Shown in pieces: positions 18,472 to 28,308 of a DNA stretch of 64,000 nucleotides. The notes beneath the pieces are model-generated. The model did not search any database, was not told the DNA's origin, and worked only from the letters and a program-made list of their open reading frames with translations. The stretch comes from Minisyncoccota bacterium (GTDB taxonomy: Bacteria > Patescibacteriota > Minisyncoccia > Phycocordibacterales > UBA2100), in the NCBI GenBank assembly GCA_035500505.1, contig DATJXE010000003.1:70921-134920 (forward strand). The letters are read 5' to 3'. Position numbers and translations under genes: made by a program. Position 1 is the stretch's first letter. Each line of letters opens with the position of its first letter.

Positions 18472-21324
18472 TTACTCGAATTCTACCGTGGTGTGGGTCG
18501 CTTTCTGTATGGCATCGAGGTTCTTTTCAACGATCTTTCGTTGCTCCGGCGAAAATGTGGCTCTATAGCTGGCTTGTTCGCCCGGTTTTAAGCCGCTTTC
18601 TTTGCGGAACGCCTGGATCTCCCGAATGCTATCGCGCACAACTCCCTCCTCTCGCAACTCATCCGTCAGATTCGTATCGAGCACAACTGAATTGCCTTCT
18701 TTCTTAACCTCCTTAACGTTCACCTCCCCCGCAATGACAGCAAAATATTCATCGGACAATACTGAACTCGTTGGAATGTTCAAACTCGGGAGCGGTTGCC
18801 TGACCTTGATGCCCGCCTTATCGCGCTGCTCTAGTGCTTGAGTAACAAAGGTACGCGCTTCATTCATTTTTTCAATCGTTGAGTCTCGCTTCCCTATAAC
18901 AAAACGGCGAATGATATTCACTTTTTGTATTTCGGGCCATGCTGAAAGATGAACACTCTCCTCGTCACTATTTTCTTTTACTGCCTGGAAAAGATACTCT
19001 GCAAAGAAGGGCATCGAGGGTGCCATCAGTTTTGAAACTGTGTAGAGAACGAATCGAAAGGTCGCAAGCGCGGCGTTCTTGTCGTTGCCGTCTTCTTTGA
19101 ACCTGTCACGCGAACGTCGCAGGTACCAGACCGACAGATCGTCGATGAATCCTGCGATGGGGCGAGTGGCCGCATCTATTTTGTAATTCTCGAACCCGCT
19201 GGTCGCCTCTCCGACGAGCTGGTTCAAACGCGCCAGTATCCATCGATCGAGCACGTGTGTGCTCTCGTTTCCGCGCGCAGTGCCATTCTCGTAGAGTTTG
19301 TAGAACGCGAGCACGTTCCCGAGGCGTCCCAGGTTTTTCTTCACGATCTCATCCACTATCTTCTCGTCGAAATTCTTCGAATCCCCCGGCGCATTCACGG
19401 TGAACATGAAAAAGCGCAACGCGTCGACGCCATACTTGTCTATCACGCTCCACGGTTCGACGACATTGCCGACCGACTTCGACATTTTCTTTCCCTTTGC
19501 ATCCAGGATGTGTCCGAGGCAAATAACGTTCTTGTACGCCGCGCCGCGGTCCATGATGCCGGCACCGACCGCGTGCAACGTGTAGAACCACCCGCGCGTC
19601 TGGTCTATCGCTTCGCAGATGTAATCTGCCGGATACAAAATATCTTTTGTGGCGAACGGATAGTGATCCTGCGCGAAAGGCATCGCGCCGGAGTCGAACC
19701 ACACGTCCAAGACTTCCGGGACCCGCTTCATGCTCCCTCCGCATTCCGAACAAATGTATGAGGGTTCGTCGATGAATGGGCGGTGCAAGTCATTCGGCAC
19801 GTTCCCAGTCTTTTGTTTCAGCTCTGCGATGGAGCCAATGACTTCGAAATGTTTGCACTTCCCGCATTCCCAGATCGGGAGCGGTGTTCCCCAGAAACGC
19901 GAGCGCGAAATGGCCCAATCCTTCAAGTCTTTAAGCCATTCTCCGAACCTCCCCTCGCGGATGTGTTCGGGTTCCCAATGTATCTTTTCGTTCTCTCTGA
20001 TGAGGGTTTGTTTGGTCTTCGACATCGCGATGTACCACGAATCGTCGGCGTAATACATGAGTGGCGTTTTGCAGCGCCAGCAAAAGGGGTACGTGTGCAG
20101 AATGGTTTCCTTTTTGAACAAGAGCCCGCGTTTTTCGAGGTCGTCCATCACCCAGTCGTCCGCCTTCTTGAAGAATTGTCCGACGAGGGGCCCAGCATCG
20201 GTGGTGAATTTTCCGTCCTCGCCGACCAAGTGATGTTTCGGCAAACCAACTTTGGTTCCCAATTCAAAGTCGTCGGTGCCGTACATCACAGCCGTGTGCA
20301 CGATGCCCGTACCATCAGTCGTTGAAACAAAATCCGCCGCATACACTTTGTATGCGTTCGGCAACTTTTCTTTTTCTTTTGGCGGCAAAGAATTGGCGAG
20401 GTACGGGAAGAGCGGTTCGTATTCGAGGCCAACAAGCTCCTTGCCCATGAACTGATGCCTCATTTTTGTATCTTCGAGGCCGATCGGTTCTCCACGGTCG
20501 AGTGCAGCAATAATGTGGGCACCACCAACATCGAACACTCGATAAATCGTCCCGAGGTTGACCGCAAGCGCGACGTTTCCCGGCAACGTCCAGGGGGTGG
20601 TCGTCCATGCAAGCAGGAAAACATCACCCTTTAATCCGAGCTTTTCAGGATTCCTCACTTTGAACTTCACGTACACGCTCGGGTCTTTTGTGTCGTCCTG
20701 ATATCCTTGCGCGACTTCGTGCGAAGAAAGCGCGGTGCCGCAGCGCGGGCACCACGGGACGACTTTGTAATCTTTGTAGAGAAGTTTGCGCTCGTGTGCC
20801 GTTTTCAAAATGTTCCAAACGGATTCGATATAAGAATTATCGAACGTGAAGTAAGTGTGTTCGTAATCCTGCCAAAAAGCGATCCGGTCGCTGAATTTTT
20901 CCCATTCGTCTATGTACTGCAGGACGCTTTCTTTGCACAACGCGTTGAACTTGGCGATGCCGAATGCTTCGATGTCTTTTTTATTTTTCGAGCCGATCTT
21001 CTTTTCTACTTCGAGTTCGACCGGAAGCCCGTGCGTGTCCCAGCCGGCTTTGCGACGCACGTGGTAGCCCTGCATCGTGCGGAAACGCGGAATGGCATCC
21101 TTGAAGGCGCGACTTTCGAGGTGGTGGATGCCGGGGCGGCCGTTGGCCGTTGGCGGACCTTCATAAAATACGAACTCCTTTTTGCCAGCTGTTTTAGCAA
21201 GTGTTTTCTTGAAAATATCGCGTTCCTCCCAGAGCGCGAGGATTTCCTCCTCGCGTCTGGCGACCTCGCTCTTTGCCTCGCCAGAGCCCCTGGCGACGGC
21301 GGGTTTTGGTTGATTTTCAGGCAT
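18472..21324 (-). CDS. ileS: Isoleucyl-tRNA synthetase type 2
   Basis: FYEGPPTANGRPGIHH, GWDTHGLP, WTTTPWTLP, DWAISRSRFWG, KMSKS; start moved to ATG 21324. Confidence 0.97.
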   Translation of the reverse strand: MPENQPKPAVARGSGEAKSEVARREEEILALWEERDIFKKTLAKTAGKKEFVFYEGPPTANGRPGIHHLESRAFKDAIPRFRTMQGYHVRRKAGWDTHGLPVELEVEKKIGSKNKKDIEAFGIAKFNALCKESVLQYIDEWEKFSDRIAFWQDYEHTYFTFDNSYIESVWNILKTAHERKLLYKDYKVVPWCPRCGTALSSHEVAQGYQDDTKDPSVYVKFKVRNPEKLGLKGDVFLLAWTTTPWTLPGNVALAVNLGTIYRVFDVGGAHIIAALDRGEPIGLEDTKMRHQFMGKELVGLEYEPLFPYLANSLPPKEKEKLPNAYKVYAADFVSTTDGTGIVHTAVMYGTDDFELGTKVGLPKHHLVGEDGKFTTDAGPLVGQFFKKADDWVMDDLEKRGLLFKKETILHTYPFCWRCKTPLMYYADDSWYIAMSKTKQTLIRENEKIHWEPEHIREGRFGEWLKDLKDWAISRSRFWGTPLPIWECGKCKHFEVIGSIAELKQKTGNVPNDLHRPFIDEPSYICSECGGSMKRVPEVLDVWFDSGAMPFAQDHYPFATKDILYPADYICEAIDQTRGWFYTLHAVGAGIMDRGAAYKNVICLGHILDAKGKKMSKSVGNVVEPWSVIDKYGVDALRFFMFTVNAPGDSKNFDEKIVDEIVKKNLGRLGNVLAFYKLYENGTARGNESTHVLDRWILARLNQLVGEATSGFENYKIDAATRPIAGFIDDLSVWYLRRSRDRFKEDGNDKNAALATFRFVLYTVSKLMAPSMPFFAEYLFQAVKENSDEESVHLSAWPEIQKVNIIRRFVIGKRDSTIEKMNEARTFVTQALEQRDKAGIKVRQPLPSLNIPTSSVLSDEYFAVIAGEVNVKEVKKEGNSVVLDTNLTDELREEGVVRDSIREIQAFRKESGLKPGEQASYRATFSPEQRKIVEKNLDAIQKATHTTVEFE

Positions 21325-21345
21325 TTCAAGTATCGTACCAAACGA

Positions 21346-21371
21346 AAAGCCCGGCAGCGAGGCCGGGCTTT
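21346..21371 (-). terminator. Hairpin/terminator after the 89-aa ORF
   Basis: AAAGCCCGGC-AGCGAG-GCCGGGCTTT. Confidence 0.6.
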
Positions 21372-21395
21372 GTCTTTCGCGATTGGAGACCAACT

Positions 21396-21665
21396 TCAGG
21401 ATGCGCCGAGCATATCCGCACCGGGCTCCTCGGTTCCAGCCCAAATTTGAACCGCGTCGCCACGCTTAGGATCGAACCCTCGCTTGATGAACAGTTCTTC
21501 CAGTTCGCTCGCCGCGTGGATGTACGTTTGTTCCGAATCTATTCGGTGATTGATGGTCAGCAAGCAGCGGATTCCCTTACGTTCGCCGACAGCGCTGAGC
21601 GCGACTTCCGCGTCGGTAAACGTCTGCCCCGAAAGCGCGGCATGGTTTCGTGGTGTGATGCTCAT
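21396..21665 (-). CDS. Hypothetical protein (89 aa)
   Basis: SD GGAGGG and TACAAT upstream of ATG 21665; fills the gap between the helicase and ileS. Confidence 0.6.
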   Translation of the reverse strand: MSITPRNHAALSGQTFTDAEVALSAVGERKGIRCLLTINHRIDSEQTYIHAASELEELFIKRGFDPKRGDAVQIWAGTEEPGADMLGAS

Positions 21666-21721
21666 GATATTTCCCTCCGAGAGGAGATTGTACTCAGGAT
21701 GCTTCCTTGAGCAACGGTTCC

Positions 21722-23281
21722 TCACTTCCTATGCGGCACCCACTTTTCGATGAGCCCGAGGTGGCCAAGTCGAGAACGGATCGCGCTCGGCTTACGGCCG
21801 AAATGTTTTGCCATCTCCGTATTCGGCCTTTTTGACTTGAACATTTCCGTGAGCAATGCATCGTCGTCCTTGCTCCACGGCTTTCCGACATTCGGATACT
21901 TCTCGCGAAGCTCATGCATCGAACTCGACTGTACTACCCTTTCCCGTATCGCACCTGGTTCCTGAGCGCCGATGGCGCGGAGAAAGTTGGTTTCCAACTT
22001 TTCTTTCTCCTTCTGCGGGAGCGCTGCGAACTTTTTGCGCGCGGCGTCGGAGTAGCCGCGGAAATGTCTGTCTGCCGCAGCGACTTTTGGGTGGAGTTGC
22101 AACGCTCGTTCGTTGAATCCTTCGAGAAAAAGTCCTCCCAGCGAGCGCACACGCGAGATGGCTACGTAGCCTTGTCCGAACTCGAATGCCTGCGAGAGGT
22201 CGATAACAGCCGCATCGAGCGACATCCCCTGCGATTTGTGTACCGTGATCGCCCAGGCAAGCCGCAGCGGCACCTGCGTGATGCGCGCGAGTATCTTGTT
22301 GCCGTCCTGCACGACCCACTCGACCGGCTCGACCGTGATGGTGTCGTTCTTCGTCCTCACGATGGGCGCGCCGAGATTGCTGAATCCGATGACCTCGCCA
22401 AGCGTGCCGTTCACGTACCCCATATCGAAATTATTCCGCGTAAAAAGGACTTTTGCGCCCTCTTTGAGTTCCAGGGTTTCGGGAGAAAGGCATTGGTTTT
22501 TTAGGGATTCTACGAGTGCGGCCGGGCCGCGCGAGGTCATGCGGAACACATGGGAATTTCCGGGAATTTTCCCGAGCGATTCCTGGTTGATGCGATCGAC
22601 GTTCTCATTATGCGTATAGAGACGCGTCGCGACGGTTTGTCCCGAGAGAATGCCCGAACGCGCCCGGAGCCGCGTTCGGTGCGCCGGGCTTAAATTTCCG
22701 ATGCGAAACGCTCCGAGCAGTTCCAAAAAGTCTCCATCTTCTTGTCGATGCTGCTCGTTCAAATAGCAAATGATCGGATTCGCCTCCTTCCATGCGTTGG
22801 ACTCAAAAGCGAATTTTGCCTCCTCCTTTTTAGAAATGGGAGGAAGTTGGAAAAAATCGCCGACGAATACGACCTGAAGCCCACCAAAGGGCTCTTCTGG
22901 TTGCAGCGGTTTGCGATGCAGCGTCCGCAGCACGCGGTCGACGCTATCCAGCGTCGCCGCGTCGAGCATTGATATCTCATCGATGATGAGGACTTTCGCG
23001 GTTACGATGCGTCTCGCAGTTTTTTCGCGACTTTGTATCATTTCTATTTCATAATCGCTTACATTTGATTTGATACCGATGCCGCTCCACGAATGGATGG
23101 TCATACCATTGATATGCGTGGCCGCAATGCCGGTGGAGGCCGTGACCGCCGGCTCTACACCGCGCTCGCGAAGCCACTGTACGTAGCGATTTATCGTGTG
23201 CGTCTTCCCAGAACCCGGTTCCCCGGTCAGAAAGACGTTTAGTCCTGTCTTCAAAATGGCGAGAGCTTCATCCTGCGTCAT
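21722..23281 (-). CDS. PIF1-family (SF1B) DNA helicase with C-terminal HTH-like domain
   Basis: TGEPGSGKT, ASTGIAA, DEISM, GDFFQLPP, AITVHKSQGMSL, YVAISR. Confidence 0.93.
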   Translation of the reverse strand: MTQDEALAILKTGLNVFLTGEPGSGKTHTINRYVQWLRERGVEPAVTASTGIAATHINGMTIHSWSGIGIKSNVSDYEIEMIQSREKTARRIVTAKVLIIDEISMLDAATLDSVDRVLRTLHRKPLQPEEPFGGLQVVFVGDFFQLPPISKKEEAKFAFESNAWKEANPIICYLNEQHRQEDGDFLELLGAFRIGNLSPAHRTRLRARSGILSGQTVATRLYTHNENVDRINQESLGKIPGNSHVFRMTSRGPAALVESLKNQCLSPETLELKEGAKVLFTRNNFDMGYVNGTLGEVIGFSNLGAPIVRTKNDTITVEPVEWVVQDGNKILARITQVPLRLAWAITVHKSQGMSLDAAVIDLSQAFEFGQGYVAISRVRSLGGLFLEGFNERALQLHPKVAAADRHFRGYSDAARKKFAALPQKEKEKLETNFLRAIGAQEPGAIRERVVQSSSMHELREKYPNVGKPWSKDDDALLTEMFKSKRPNTEMAKHFGRKPSAIRSRLGHLGLIEKWVPHRK

Positions 23282-23295
23282 CGACGCATCATACC

Positions 23296-24942
23296 TTACA
23301 TCTTTTCGGGGGTCGGAATACCTAAGAGCCACGAACCGTTCTTGAGCGTTCGAGCGACGGCGGCCGTAATCGCCACTTTGTGTGCGGCGGCCGGAGTGCC
23401 GTCGAGTATCTGCTCTTTGGCGTACCAACTATTGAACTCGCTCGCTATCTGCAAGAGATAATTTGTCACCATATGCGGTTCATATTCGCGTGCCGCGCGC
23501 TCGACGACCTCGGGGAAACGATGCAGCAGGCGCGAAAGTTCGCCCGGTGTTGCGTCGGCATCGAGCTTGGCGACGATATTCTGTTCCTTGGCCTTTGCGA
23601 GTATCGCCTGCGTTCGAGCATGCGCGTACTGTAAGTACGGTCCCGAATCGCCTTCGAGCGAAAGCGCCCGCTCACGGTCGAAGGTTATGTCTTTTCCGGA
23701 AGCTTGCTTGAGGATCTGATACTTTATCGCTGCAACCGCGACATCTTGAGCTAATTTATCCTTATTTTCAGACCTGCTTTCGGCAGCTCGAACTTTTGCT
23801 TGTACGATGAGGTCGTTCAAAAGCGACTCCCCTGTTATCACGTCGCCCGTGCGCGACGACATCTTCCCCGTGGTCAACCGCATCATGCCGTGTGATACGT
23901 GTTTTATCTTGGGCGCAATTTTCGGTAATACCTTTTTCATCGCCGCGAGTACGACTGCAAAATAGTCCGCCTGCTCCTGCGCGGTTACCGTTATTGAACT
24001 ATCGAACGGCCACTTCTCAGATTTTAGCTGGGCGAGACCGAGATCTTTCGTTTCGTAGGTCGGCAACCCCTTCGACGTGATAAAAACACGCGTATGCAAA
24101 CCATCTTGCTCCCCTTTGTACACGATCGCCCCGTCACTTTCCACAAAAACATCCGGATGCGCCTTCACGAGAGCGACACCGATGGGCGCGGTCTCGCTTT
24201 CGAAAAAACAAAAGTCGAACTTTGTGCCGAGGATTTTGTACAATTCTTCAAAATGCTCAAGGGACTCTTTTCTTCCTACGTCATAGAGCGTATTTAATTT
24301 CCCGTCGCTTCGGTCGTAGATCTTCGCATTGAGCGAATCTATCCCGTCTTTGTTCGCTTCATAGTTCTTAGTCCCGTATGCATACGCTTCACCCCAAGAA
24401 AGCTCCGGCTTTTGCATCTTTCCCCAGATCGCCTTCGCAACATGCGGACCGACGTCGCCCTGATAGTTCGCGCGCTTCACCTCAGCACTGGAAAACTGCA
24501 ACAAGCGTGATAAGGATTCTCCGATCGCGTTACTCATCAGGTGTCCGATATGAAATTCTTTGAACGGATTCGGGTCGGTGTATTCGACCATTATTTTCTT
24601 CTTCGAAAGATCGCTGTTCGCGCCCCACATATCTGTTTCGCCGGCCGCCTCAACAGACTCGGCGATCGCTGACGGCGCAAGATGGAAATTGATGAACCCC
24701 GGGTCCGCAATTTCTATTTTTGAAACACCATCAACGGTTCCGATTGCGGCAACCAATTTTTCCGCAAGTGCACGCGGCTTCATGCCCGCACTTTTTGCCT
24801 CTTTCAGTGCCACTCCCGTCGCGTAATCACCATTCGAAAGTTCTGCCGGAAATTCGAGTGGAACGTCCTGCGGTGCGACGGAAATGCCGCAGGGTTTGAG
24901 CGCCTCAGAAAGCGCTTGTTTTATAGCCCCTTTTACGTCCAT
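23296..24942 (-). CDS. argS: Arginyl-tRNA synthetase
   Basis: EYTDPNPFKEFHIGH, KMSSRTG, GPYLQYAHAR. Confidence 0.97.
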   Translation of the reverse strand: MDVKGAIKQALSEALKPCGISVAPQDVPLEFPAELSNGDYATGVALKEAKSAGMKPRALAEKLVAAIGTVDGVSKIEIADPGFINFHLAPSAIAESVEAAGETDMWGANSDLSKKKIMVEYTDPNPFKEFHIGHLMSNAIGESLSRLLQFSSAEVKRANYQGDVGPHVAKAIWGKMQKPELSWGEAYAYGTKNYEANKDGIDSLNAKIYDRSDGKLNTLYDVGRKESLEHFEELYKILGTKFDFCFFESETAPIGVALVKAHPDVFVESDGAIVYKGEQDGLHTRVFITSKGLPTYETKDLGLAQLKSEKWPFDSSITVTAQEQADYFAVVLAAMKKVLPKIAPKIKHVSHGMMRLTTGKMSSRTGDVITGESLLNDLIVQAKVRAAESRSENKDKLAQDVAVAAIKYQILKQASGKDITFDRERALSLEGDSGPYLQYAHARTQAILAKAKEQNIVAKLDADATPGELSRLLHRFPEVVERAAREYEPHMVTNYLLQIASEFNSWYAKEQILDGTPAAAHKVAITAAVARTLKNGSWLLGIPTPEKM

Positions 24943-24959
24943 TACGTTATTGTACCGCG

Positions 24960-25595
24960 TCAGACGCGGTGTACCGCCTTCCAAACCAATTCGTGAACCT
25001 CGCGGCGCGAGAGTAGTTTGCCTTTGGGGGCGCAGCGGATGGTGCACCAATTCGTGCCGCGAGCCATCTTTTGGTAGACCGCAGCGACTTTTTTCTGGTA
25101 CGCGTTGTCGCGCTCGTGTTGGTCGCGCGTGCGCGTGCTCATGAGCTTGCGCGAAATTGCTTGCGGAACATCAAGATAGATGACCTTGTCCGGCTTCGGA
25201 AGCTTTATCTCCTTGAACGCGATGCCTTCGAACTGCCGCAAGAACGCAGCCTGTTTTTTGCCTGAAAGTTTCGCCGCGTGGTACGCGAACGTACTTTGCA
25301 CGTATCGGTCGAATATGACGTCTCCTTTCTTCAGAGCCGCAACGAAGCTCTCGCGGGCGAGCGCGTAATCCATGAGGTACGGGATGGCCGAAAGATGCGG
25401 GTCGAGATGGCGAAAATCGCCGTACTCGCCATGGAGTGCGGCTTTGATGAGTTTGCCGACGGGAGTGCCATAGCGCGGAACGCTGAACACTGCCACCTTC
25501 TTCCCCTTCTGCCGCAAACGCTTCGCGAGAAGCGCAACCTGCGTCGCTTTGCCGGAACTATCGATACCCTCGAAAACGATGAGCTTATTCCGCAT
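24960..25595 (-). CDS. tmk: Thymidylate kinase
   Basis: [13 protein letters not shown]-loop, [14 protein letters not shown]. Confidence 0.88.
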   Translation of the reverse strand: MRNKLIVFEGIDSSGKATQVALLAKRLRQKGKKVAVFSVPRYGTPVGKLIKAALHGEYGDFRHLDPHLSAIPYLMDYALARESFVAALKKGDVIFDRYVQSTFAYHAAKLSGKKQAAFLRQFEGIAFKEIKLPKPDKVIYLDVPQAISRKLMSTRTRDQHERDNAYQKKVAAVYQKMARGTNWCTIRCAPKGKLLSRREVHELVWKAVHRV

Positions 25596-26004
25596 CGATG
25601 CCCATCGAACGCGCGGTGCCCGCGATTATCTTTTTCGCCTGGTCAATATCGGGTGCGTTGAGGTCTTCCATTTTCTCGGCGGCTATCTCTTCGAGCTGCT
25701 TTTGGGTGAGTTTGCCGACCTTGTTCTGCGGTTTCTGCGAACCTTTCTCGAGCCCGAGCTTTTTCAAAATGAGGCGCGAGGCCGGCGGCTTCTTGATGAT
25801 GAAGGTGAACGAGCGGTCCTTGTACACCGTCATGAGGACGGGAAGGATGTTGCCCATCTGGTCGCGCGTTTGGTTGTTGAACTGGTTGACGAACTCGCCG
25901 ATGTTGACTCCCGCGGGACCGAGTACGGTGCCGACGGGCGGCGCAGGAGTAGCCTTGCCGGCCTCAAGCTGCAGTTTGATCATTTTGGTGATTTCTTTTG
26001 CCAT
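25585..26004 (-). CDS. rplK: 50S ribosomal protein uL11
   Basis: [23 protein letters not shown]. Confidence 0.98.
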   Translation of the reverse strand: MAKEITKMIKLQLEAGKATPAPPVGTVLGPAGVNIGEFVNQFNNQTRDQMGNILPVLMTVYKDRSFTFIIKKPPASRLILKKLGLEKGSQKPQNKVGKLTQKQLEEIAAEKMEDLNAPDIDQAKKIIAGTARSMGIDAE

Positions 26005-26008
26005 AGAT

Positions 26009-26554
26009 TTAGACGCGTTGGACCTGATCGGCTTCGAGCTCTACCGGAGTCTCGCGACCGAACATGGGAACCAATACTTTAACTTTTCCGCGCTCTTCGT
26101 CAATCTCGCCCACCTTGCCTTCGAGGTCCTTAAAGGGGCCATCGATGATGGTGACGGCGTCGCCGGTCGAGAGATCGATGGTGTGCCGCACGTGCTCGCC
26201 CGAAGAACGCTTCAAGATCTTCTCGACTTCTTCCGGTTCGAGCGGGACGGCCTGGTTGGCAGTGCCGACGAAGCCGGTCACCTGCGGCGTGTTGCGCACG
26301 ACCGACCATGCCTCGTCGGTCGCTATCATGTCCACCAAGACGTAGCCTGGGAATATTTTCTCGCGCGCCTCGGTCTTGCGGCCATTCTTTATCTTTATCT
26401 TCTTTTCGGTCGGCACGACGACGCCGAATATCTTGTCGCTCATACCGAAAGACTCGATGCGCTGCTTGAGGTTGCGCGCAACGGCATCTTCATAGCCCGA
26501 GTAGGTGTGTACTGCGTACCACTGTCTGTCCGTTCCGTGCGTCTGCTTTGCCAT
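26009..26554 (-). CDS. nusG: Transcription factor NusG
   Basis: [35 protein letters not shown]. Confidence 0.98.
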   Translation of the reverse strand: MAKQTHGTDRQWYAVHTYSGYEDAVARNLKQRIESFGMSDKIFGVVVPTEKKIKIKNGRKTEAREKIFPGYVLVDMIATDEAWSVVRNTPQVTGFVGTANQAVPLEPEEVEKILKRSSGEHVRHTIDLSTGDAVTIIDGPFKDLEGKVGEIDEERGKVKVLVPMFGRETPVELEADQVQRV

Positions 26555-26555
26555 A

Positions 26556-26882
26556 CTATTGTGTTGAACCGCTCGAAGGGGTCGCGCCGGGGATGCCGAA
26601 TGTCGGACCGGATGCGGCCGGAGCTTGCGTTGTCGTTGGAGCCGCGTTCGACGTGGGTTGCTGCGTTACCTGAATGCCGCTCGACGTGCTCCCCTGCGCA
26701 CCGACAACTCTCGCGAGGGCGGCGGTGAATGCTTCATCGAACGCGCCGAGGTAGGCTGCGATGAAAAGAGAGATGAGTGCGACAAGCGTCGTGTAGATGA
26801 CCGTCTGGCGCTGCGTGGGCCAGGCGACGTGGTTGAGCTCGCTCCTCGTGTCCTTGAAGTATTGAATGATGGGGTTGGCCAT
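26556..26882 (-). CDS. secE: Preprotein translocase SecE with low-complexity tail
   Basis: ELNHVAWPT plus TM; upstream of nusG. Confidence 0.92.
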   Translation of the reverse strand: MANPIIQYFKDTRSELNHVAWPTQRQTVIYTTLVALISLFIAAYLGAFDEAFTAALARVVGAQGSTSSGIQVTQQPTSNAAPTTTQAPAASGPTFGIPGATPSSGSTQ

Positions 26883-26950
26883 AGTTCTCCTAAGTTAAAA
26901 CCCCCGGCGGGGGTTATGGAAGCATCATATTCTTCCTAAAATCTAAGTCA

Positions 26951-27087
26951 AGCGGACGGGAACGAAACCCGTTTTTTGTTGCACATCTAGGGAACAGCTT
27001 TACCATTCTCTGTGCCGGACCCTCGCAAAAGAATTCTCAGCATACATAACAGAGGGGAAACAAAAACGGGTTTCGTTCCCGTCCGCT
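26951..27087 (-). repeat. Palindromic cassette E1 (26-bp perfect arms, conserved core)
   Basis: AGCGGACGGGAACGAAACCCGTTTTT (26951-26976) is the reverse complement of 27062-27087; core matches E2 in opposite orientation. Confidence 0.85.
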
Positions 27088-27089
27088 AT

Positions 27090-27938
27090 CTATCTGATCT
27101 CGTAGGTCAGCGTCACGTCGTCCGTAATGGTGTTCTGGCCGGTCTGGATCTCGGGCGCCGGTGCGGCAAGATCTTTGGTCGAAGCGCCGCTCGCGTACAT
27201 GACCGGATAAATACCCTGGTTGTTGTTCTCGTTGAAGCCAACCACGCCGACGAGCTGCACGCCGAGCGATTTGGCGAGGTTCTGCGCCTTGCCTTGCGCC
27301 TGCGCGATAGCCTTGTCGCGCGCTTGAGCTTGAAGTGTATCCTCATCCGAAACCGTGAATGAAAGTCCGCTCACGCTGGAGGCTCCCTTGGAGCCAACTC
27401 CGGAGAGGAGTGCACCGGCCTTGGTCGTGTCCTTCACTTTTACCGTGAGCGTCTCCGAAACCTGGTAGCCCGTGAGCGTTTGTTTCCCAGGCGGGCAGTA
27501 GATGCCCGAGCTCGCCGCGCCCGAGTCCGTGCTGTACACAACAGGTTGCGGACACACCGACTGACTATAGGAATACTGCGGGGTAATCTCGTAGTCGGTC
27601 GTTTGAATATCGGTGTCGGCGATTCCTTGGCTCTTTAGGTAATCGGTTATCGTGTTGCCGTCGTTGGTCGCTTTGGTCTGCGCGGTCTGCACGTCCGCCG
27701 CAGTATCCTGGACGGTCACGCTGAACGTGGCCGTATCGGGCACCGCGAACACCTTGCCCTCGCCGCTCACCTGAATGGTGTTAGTCGGAGAAATGCCCGT
27801 GCCGATGTAGTGGTAGCTCTTGAGTGCGCTCACGGTGAGCACGAGAAGAAAGAGTGCGAGCATGCCGAGCGCGGTCGCGGCCATGAGGCGCGGCCAGTGC
27901 GTCGCGGCGATTATTTTGTCGACAGCTCCTTCTTCCAT
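27090..27938 (-). CDS. SIMPL (DUF541) domain protein
   Basis: VSGEGKVFAVPDTA, AIAQAQGKAQNLAKSLGV, VTLTYEIR; exact start uncertain. Confidence 0.88.
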   Translation of the reverse strand: MEEGAVDKIIAATHWPRLMAATALGMLALFLLVLTVSALKSYHYIGTGISPTNTIQVSGEGKVFAVPDTATFSVTVQDTAADVQTAQTKATNDGNTITDYLKSQGIADTDIQTTDYEITPQYSYSQSVCPQPVVYSTDSGAASSGIYCPPGKQTLTGYQVSETLTVKVKDTTKAGALLSGVGSKGASSVSGLSFTVSDEDTLQAQARDKAIAQAQGKAQNLAKSLGVQLVGVVGFNENNNQGIYPVMYASGASTKDLAAPAPEIQTGQNTITDDVTLTYEIR

Positions 27939-27951
27939 GGTCAACAGTATA

Positions 27952-28155
27952 TCATTGAATATTGCCGATGGTAGCGTAGGTGTTGATGAGACTCGGTATC
28001 TCGAACAGAAGTCCGATCAAAGGGACAACGAACAGGATGACGGACACGATAACGGTCCAGAGAATGATGCGATACAGCCTGCGCGCCATCGCGTATACCT
28101 CGGCCATCTGTTGCTCCATACGCTCCAGCCGCTGCTTCGTCTCCTCGTCCATCAT
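27952..28155 (-). CDS. Small membrane protein
   Basis: Short coiled coil then TM helix; TAAACT just upstream of start. Confidence 0.7.
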   Translation of the reverse strand: MMDEETKQRLERMEQQMAEVYAMARRLYRIILWTVIVSVILFVVPLIGLLFEIPSLINTYATIGNIQ

Positions 28156-28166
28156 GGGTAGTTTAA

Positions 28167-28302
28167 CACGAGAAAGGCTGGTGCTCTGTTTTGTTTTCCG
28201 TCCCGATGTATGTTGGTAGTTACCTCGTGAGGGTCCGGCGCAGAGAATGATTACAGCTGTAGCTTAGACGTTCAACAAAACAGAGCACCAGCCTTTCTCG
28301 TG
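28167..28302 (+). repeat. Palindromic cassette E2 (29-bp perfect arms, conserved core)
   Basis: CACGAGAAAGGCTGGTGCTCTGTTTTGTT (28167-28195) is the exact reverse complement of 28274-28302. Confidence 0.88.
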
Positions 28303-28308
28303 CACATC

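Noticed and set aside
28229-28249. E1/E2 core as SRP RNA or integron attC
   Set aside because: Lacks the GGAA tetraloop/AGCAG of SRP domain IV and the RYYYAAC/GTTRRRY ends of attC
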